Below are positions 61,040 to 64,000 of a stretch of DNA of 64,000 nt, piece by piece (position 1 is the stretch's first letter; each line of letters starts with the position of its first letter). The notes beneath the pieces are model-generated. The model searched no databases and was not told the origin of the DNA. It worked only from the letters and a program-made list of their open reading frames with translations. Origin of the DNA: Hemiscyllium ocellatum. Its lineage: Eukaryota. The stretch is taken from assembly GCF_020745735.1 (NCBI RefSeq), contig NC_083407.1, positions 84,311,857-84,375,856 of the forward strand, in the 5' to 3' direction. The position numbers and the translations under genes are program-made.

Positions 61040-63130
61040 TGAATCATTTTCATAGGAAGAGTAGCCGCCCATTCTGCCCTATAAGCTTGTTCTGCCATTC
61101 AATGATCTGTGGCTTAACTCCATGTACTTGTCTTTGACCGACATTTCTCAATACTTTTACTTAATAAAAATTTATTTCAGATTTAAAACTAACACCCAAT
61201 GTAGCATCAATTGCTGTTTGTAGAAGAAAGTTCCAAAGCTTTACCACCCTTTAGGTGTAGAAGTGCTCACTAATATCCCTGAACAATCTGGCCCTAACTT
61301 TTAGCTTATGCTCCCAAGTTTCAGAATTTCTGACCACCGGCAAGTTTTTTTTAAAAAATGTACCCTGTCTTTATCTGTTAATATCTTAAAAACTTGGATC
61401 ATATCATCCTTTAACCTTCTAAATTCCAGAGAAAATAGGCCTAGGTTGTGTAAACACTTCTCATAAATTAACCCTGTAAGTCCCAGTTTCACTCTTATGT
61501 ACCTATATTATACTCCCTCCAAGTTCAATGCATCCTTCCTAAGGTGTGGTGCCCAGATCTGCTCACAGTACTACAAGCAGGGTATGACCAGGCTTTTGTA
61601 ATATTTGCAGGAGAACTTCTACATCCTTGTACTTCAGTTGTCTTGATATCAAGTCCATCACTGCATTAGTTTTCTGATTATTTTCTGCATCTGCTTGTGA
61701 CATTTGAAAGATCTGTGCACCTGAACCCCCAAGTCTCTTTGCACATCCACTGTATTTCATGTTGTATCATTTAGAAAGTATCTTGATCAACTGAGTCATA
61801 AATATGAATTGCCCAGTAGGGACCTCTTTCATTATTTTCAGATCAGGGAAAAAGAACACACTGTTAGTTGATCCTTATTAGGTTTGATGCAGAGAGGACA
61901 GTGCTTCAGACTACAGGTACTCTCTCTCTCTCTATTAGCACCTTTTACCATTTACTGGGAGGTGGCGCCTCAAAAGATATTGAATCACACTGTGGGATCT
62001 GGGTGCAAGAATTGGAGTGGAGATCTCTTCAGAGGTACAGGAGGATGACATTTGGAAGAATGAGAGAAAGATCTCTATTTGTAATAGAACACAGGCTATG
62101 CAGCTGAAGGTTCTTCACAGGGTCTACTGAGCCCCAGAACACACTGTGAAAATTAAAAAGGGAACATCTCCAATGTGCCCCAAGTTCAACGTAGGTATTG
62201 GCATTCTTATCAATTGTTTGTGTTCATGCCACAAGCTCTGCAGTACTGGGGTGCTATAGCAAGTGTACTGGAGAGGTCCTGGGGACCAAAGTCAAAGTAG
62301 ATCCGGTATCTCTCCTCTTAGGCCTGCCAAATCTGCATTCTTTACATGAGCATGAGAAGAAGCTGTTTAATATTCTTACTTATTGCATGAGGAAGAACAT
62401 TCTGATGAGTTGGATTTCAGAAAATCCTTTGGGCCTATCGGGATGGAATAAGGTAGTTATGGAACATATCCCCTTAGACTTCCAGACAAGTATGGTGCAC
62501 CAGAAAACGAAACTTTTTTTGGAATATGTGGCACCCTTTCTGAGCCATGTAGAAAGGGACTTGTCAGCTATATTAACTCGGACCTTTAATTAGCCATGAG
62601 ATCTGGATCTGATGGGCCAGGTGCCCCGAGAGGAAGATTCTTGAATAAATACGGGTATGCTAACTGATGCCCTCGATGATGGGGGGGCTCTGGTAGGGTT
62701 GCGCTGAGTGGTGCAATTTAATTTATTTTAATTATTTATTGAATTGCAGTATGGGGAGTTTTTTAAATGTGTTTTGTAGAGTAGTGGTTAATTGTTATAC
62801 TCTCAGATTGTTTTTTAGTAATTTTATAATTTTGTAAAGAATAAAAATCTTGATCAATTAAAAAAAATAGTACCCTGATCTATCCCCTTTAGCGACCGAA
62901 AATGGACCTCACACTCGCTTACATCGAATGCTATCTGCAGCAGTTTTGCCCACACACAGCATAAAATTACAAAGGAACATTGATAGACTCAACACTACCT
63001 GCAAACTTTGGGTCTTCAGAAAATTTAGTTATGACTCTCTATGTCATTATCCAAGTTGTTAATAAACAATATAAACAAGGCCGTAATACAGATCCTTGTG
63101 GAATCACTGATCATATCCTGCCAAGAAAAT
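61040..63130 (-). mobile_element. Old CR1 3' portion split by an L1 insertion
   Basis: LGLFSLEFRRLKDDMIQVFKI at 61300-61490; RT continues at 62868-63130. Confidence 0.75.
61789..62867 (+). mobile_element. 5'-truncated L1 nested in CR1
   Basis: KYELPSRDLFHYFQIR, KVKVDPVSLLLGLP, MEHIPLDF homologous to 24290-25363; TSD agtatcttgatc / agtaccctgatc; A-tail. Confidence 0.88.
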
Positions 63131-63969
63131 GTTTGACCTAATGTAATTTTCAATATTTACGTGCTTGAATAGTGCCAAGATAAAACTTTTCTACCCTGAA
63201 ATACGAAAACAGTAAGATCTAGGTGTTTATTCCCAGCTTACCCCTCTCAAATCCACAAAGTCTCATGACTGGTTCCAAGACCAATTCCTAGCATAACATT
63301 TGCACAACAGTAAAGTGCCAGAATTAATCCAGAACAGCTAAGAAATTTAAACCACCTCAAAATTATCTAATAACCAATGTTCATAAATATCAATTCTTTC
63401 CATTGGCAATATTTCTCTCAAACTCTCAAGAGATTTGAATTTGAAAACAATTAGTGCATGGAACTTCAGATTTTATCACAAGGTCATGTAAGAAGCACGG
63501 TTGTGTCAAAGGTTTTGCAACTTAAGAAACATTGATTGCAGCTGTAATACTAGATTAAGAGAAAAAAAGCCATGTGATTGCCAATTGAGGAAGAGGAGCA
63601 GAAAGAGAAATTGGACAAATCACTTCATGACTTGTGTCTCAAAACCAGCCATTGAATGCCATGGGCAAGAATCTCACAGAAACATGCATTCCCCTCAACA
63701 ATATGATCCAGAGATGATATTCAGATAGTGCACAGCATTAATGAAAATTAACATCCAGAAACGCAGATGCCAGAAATCTAAAACAAAAACAGAGAGTTGG
63801 AGAAACACACCTGTTGACAGATGCTGCCAGGCCTGCTGTGTTTCTCCATTGTTCTTTTACTCATAAAAATAACAGTAGTGACAGTGAATGAGTCTATTAG
63901 CTTCTCAAATCTGAGATCTCTGCTACCTTGCAACCATATGAACAGACAAAATACAAAATACAATTTTAA

Positions 63970-64000
63970 GTATACAAAGTTAAAAATCACCAGGTTATAG
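63970..64000. repeat. Start of another copy of the 57405-type element (cut by the window edge)
   Basis: gttaaaaatcac..caggttatag matches 57406-57432. Confidence 0.6.

Noticed and set aside
1-64000. CRISPR arrays, operons or prokaryotic defence systems
   Set aside because: The sequence is a spliced vertebrate gene with retroelements; no regularly spaced direct repeats were seen.

Overview
Vertebrate genomic DNA, very probably from a cartilaginous fish (shark-type HE1/V-SINEs and partner CR1 LINEs). The window holds the 3' part of ANKRD44 (PP6 regulatory ankyrin repeat subunit B) on the minus strand: 10 GT-AG coding exons from 60376 down to the stop at 2780, all joining in frame, followed by a ~2.5 kb repeat-free 3' UTR. 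The introns are packed with mobile elements: four L1-type LINEs (all antisense to the gene; the three with intact 5' ends each carry a different internal ORF2 deletion), one very young near-intact CR1 LINE with an esterase ORF1, many older CR1 pieces, an RTE fragment, Penelope-like elements (PLEs), V-SINEs, Tc1/mariner-type MITEs and a probable solo LTR. Most notable: (i) palindromic, TSD-flanked mini-elements made of two head-to-head minimal hammerhead-ribozyme units plus a ~35 nt one-sided tail; (ii) a U UUA AAC slippery heptamer at the CR1 ORF1/ORF2 junction with no AUG upstream of the ORF2 endonuclease, suggesting -1 ribosomal frameshifting; (iii) a 69-bp-arm near-perfect CpG-rich palindrome at the 5' end of that CR1. 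Family assignments come from motif recognition; no database search was run.
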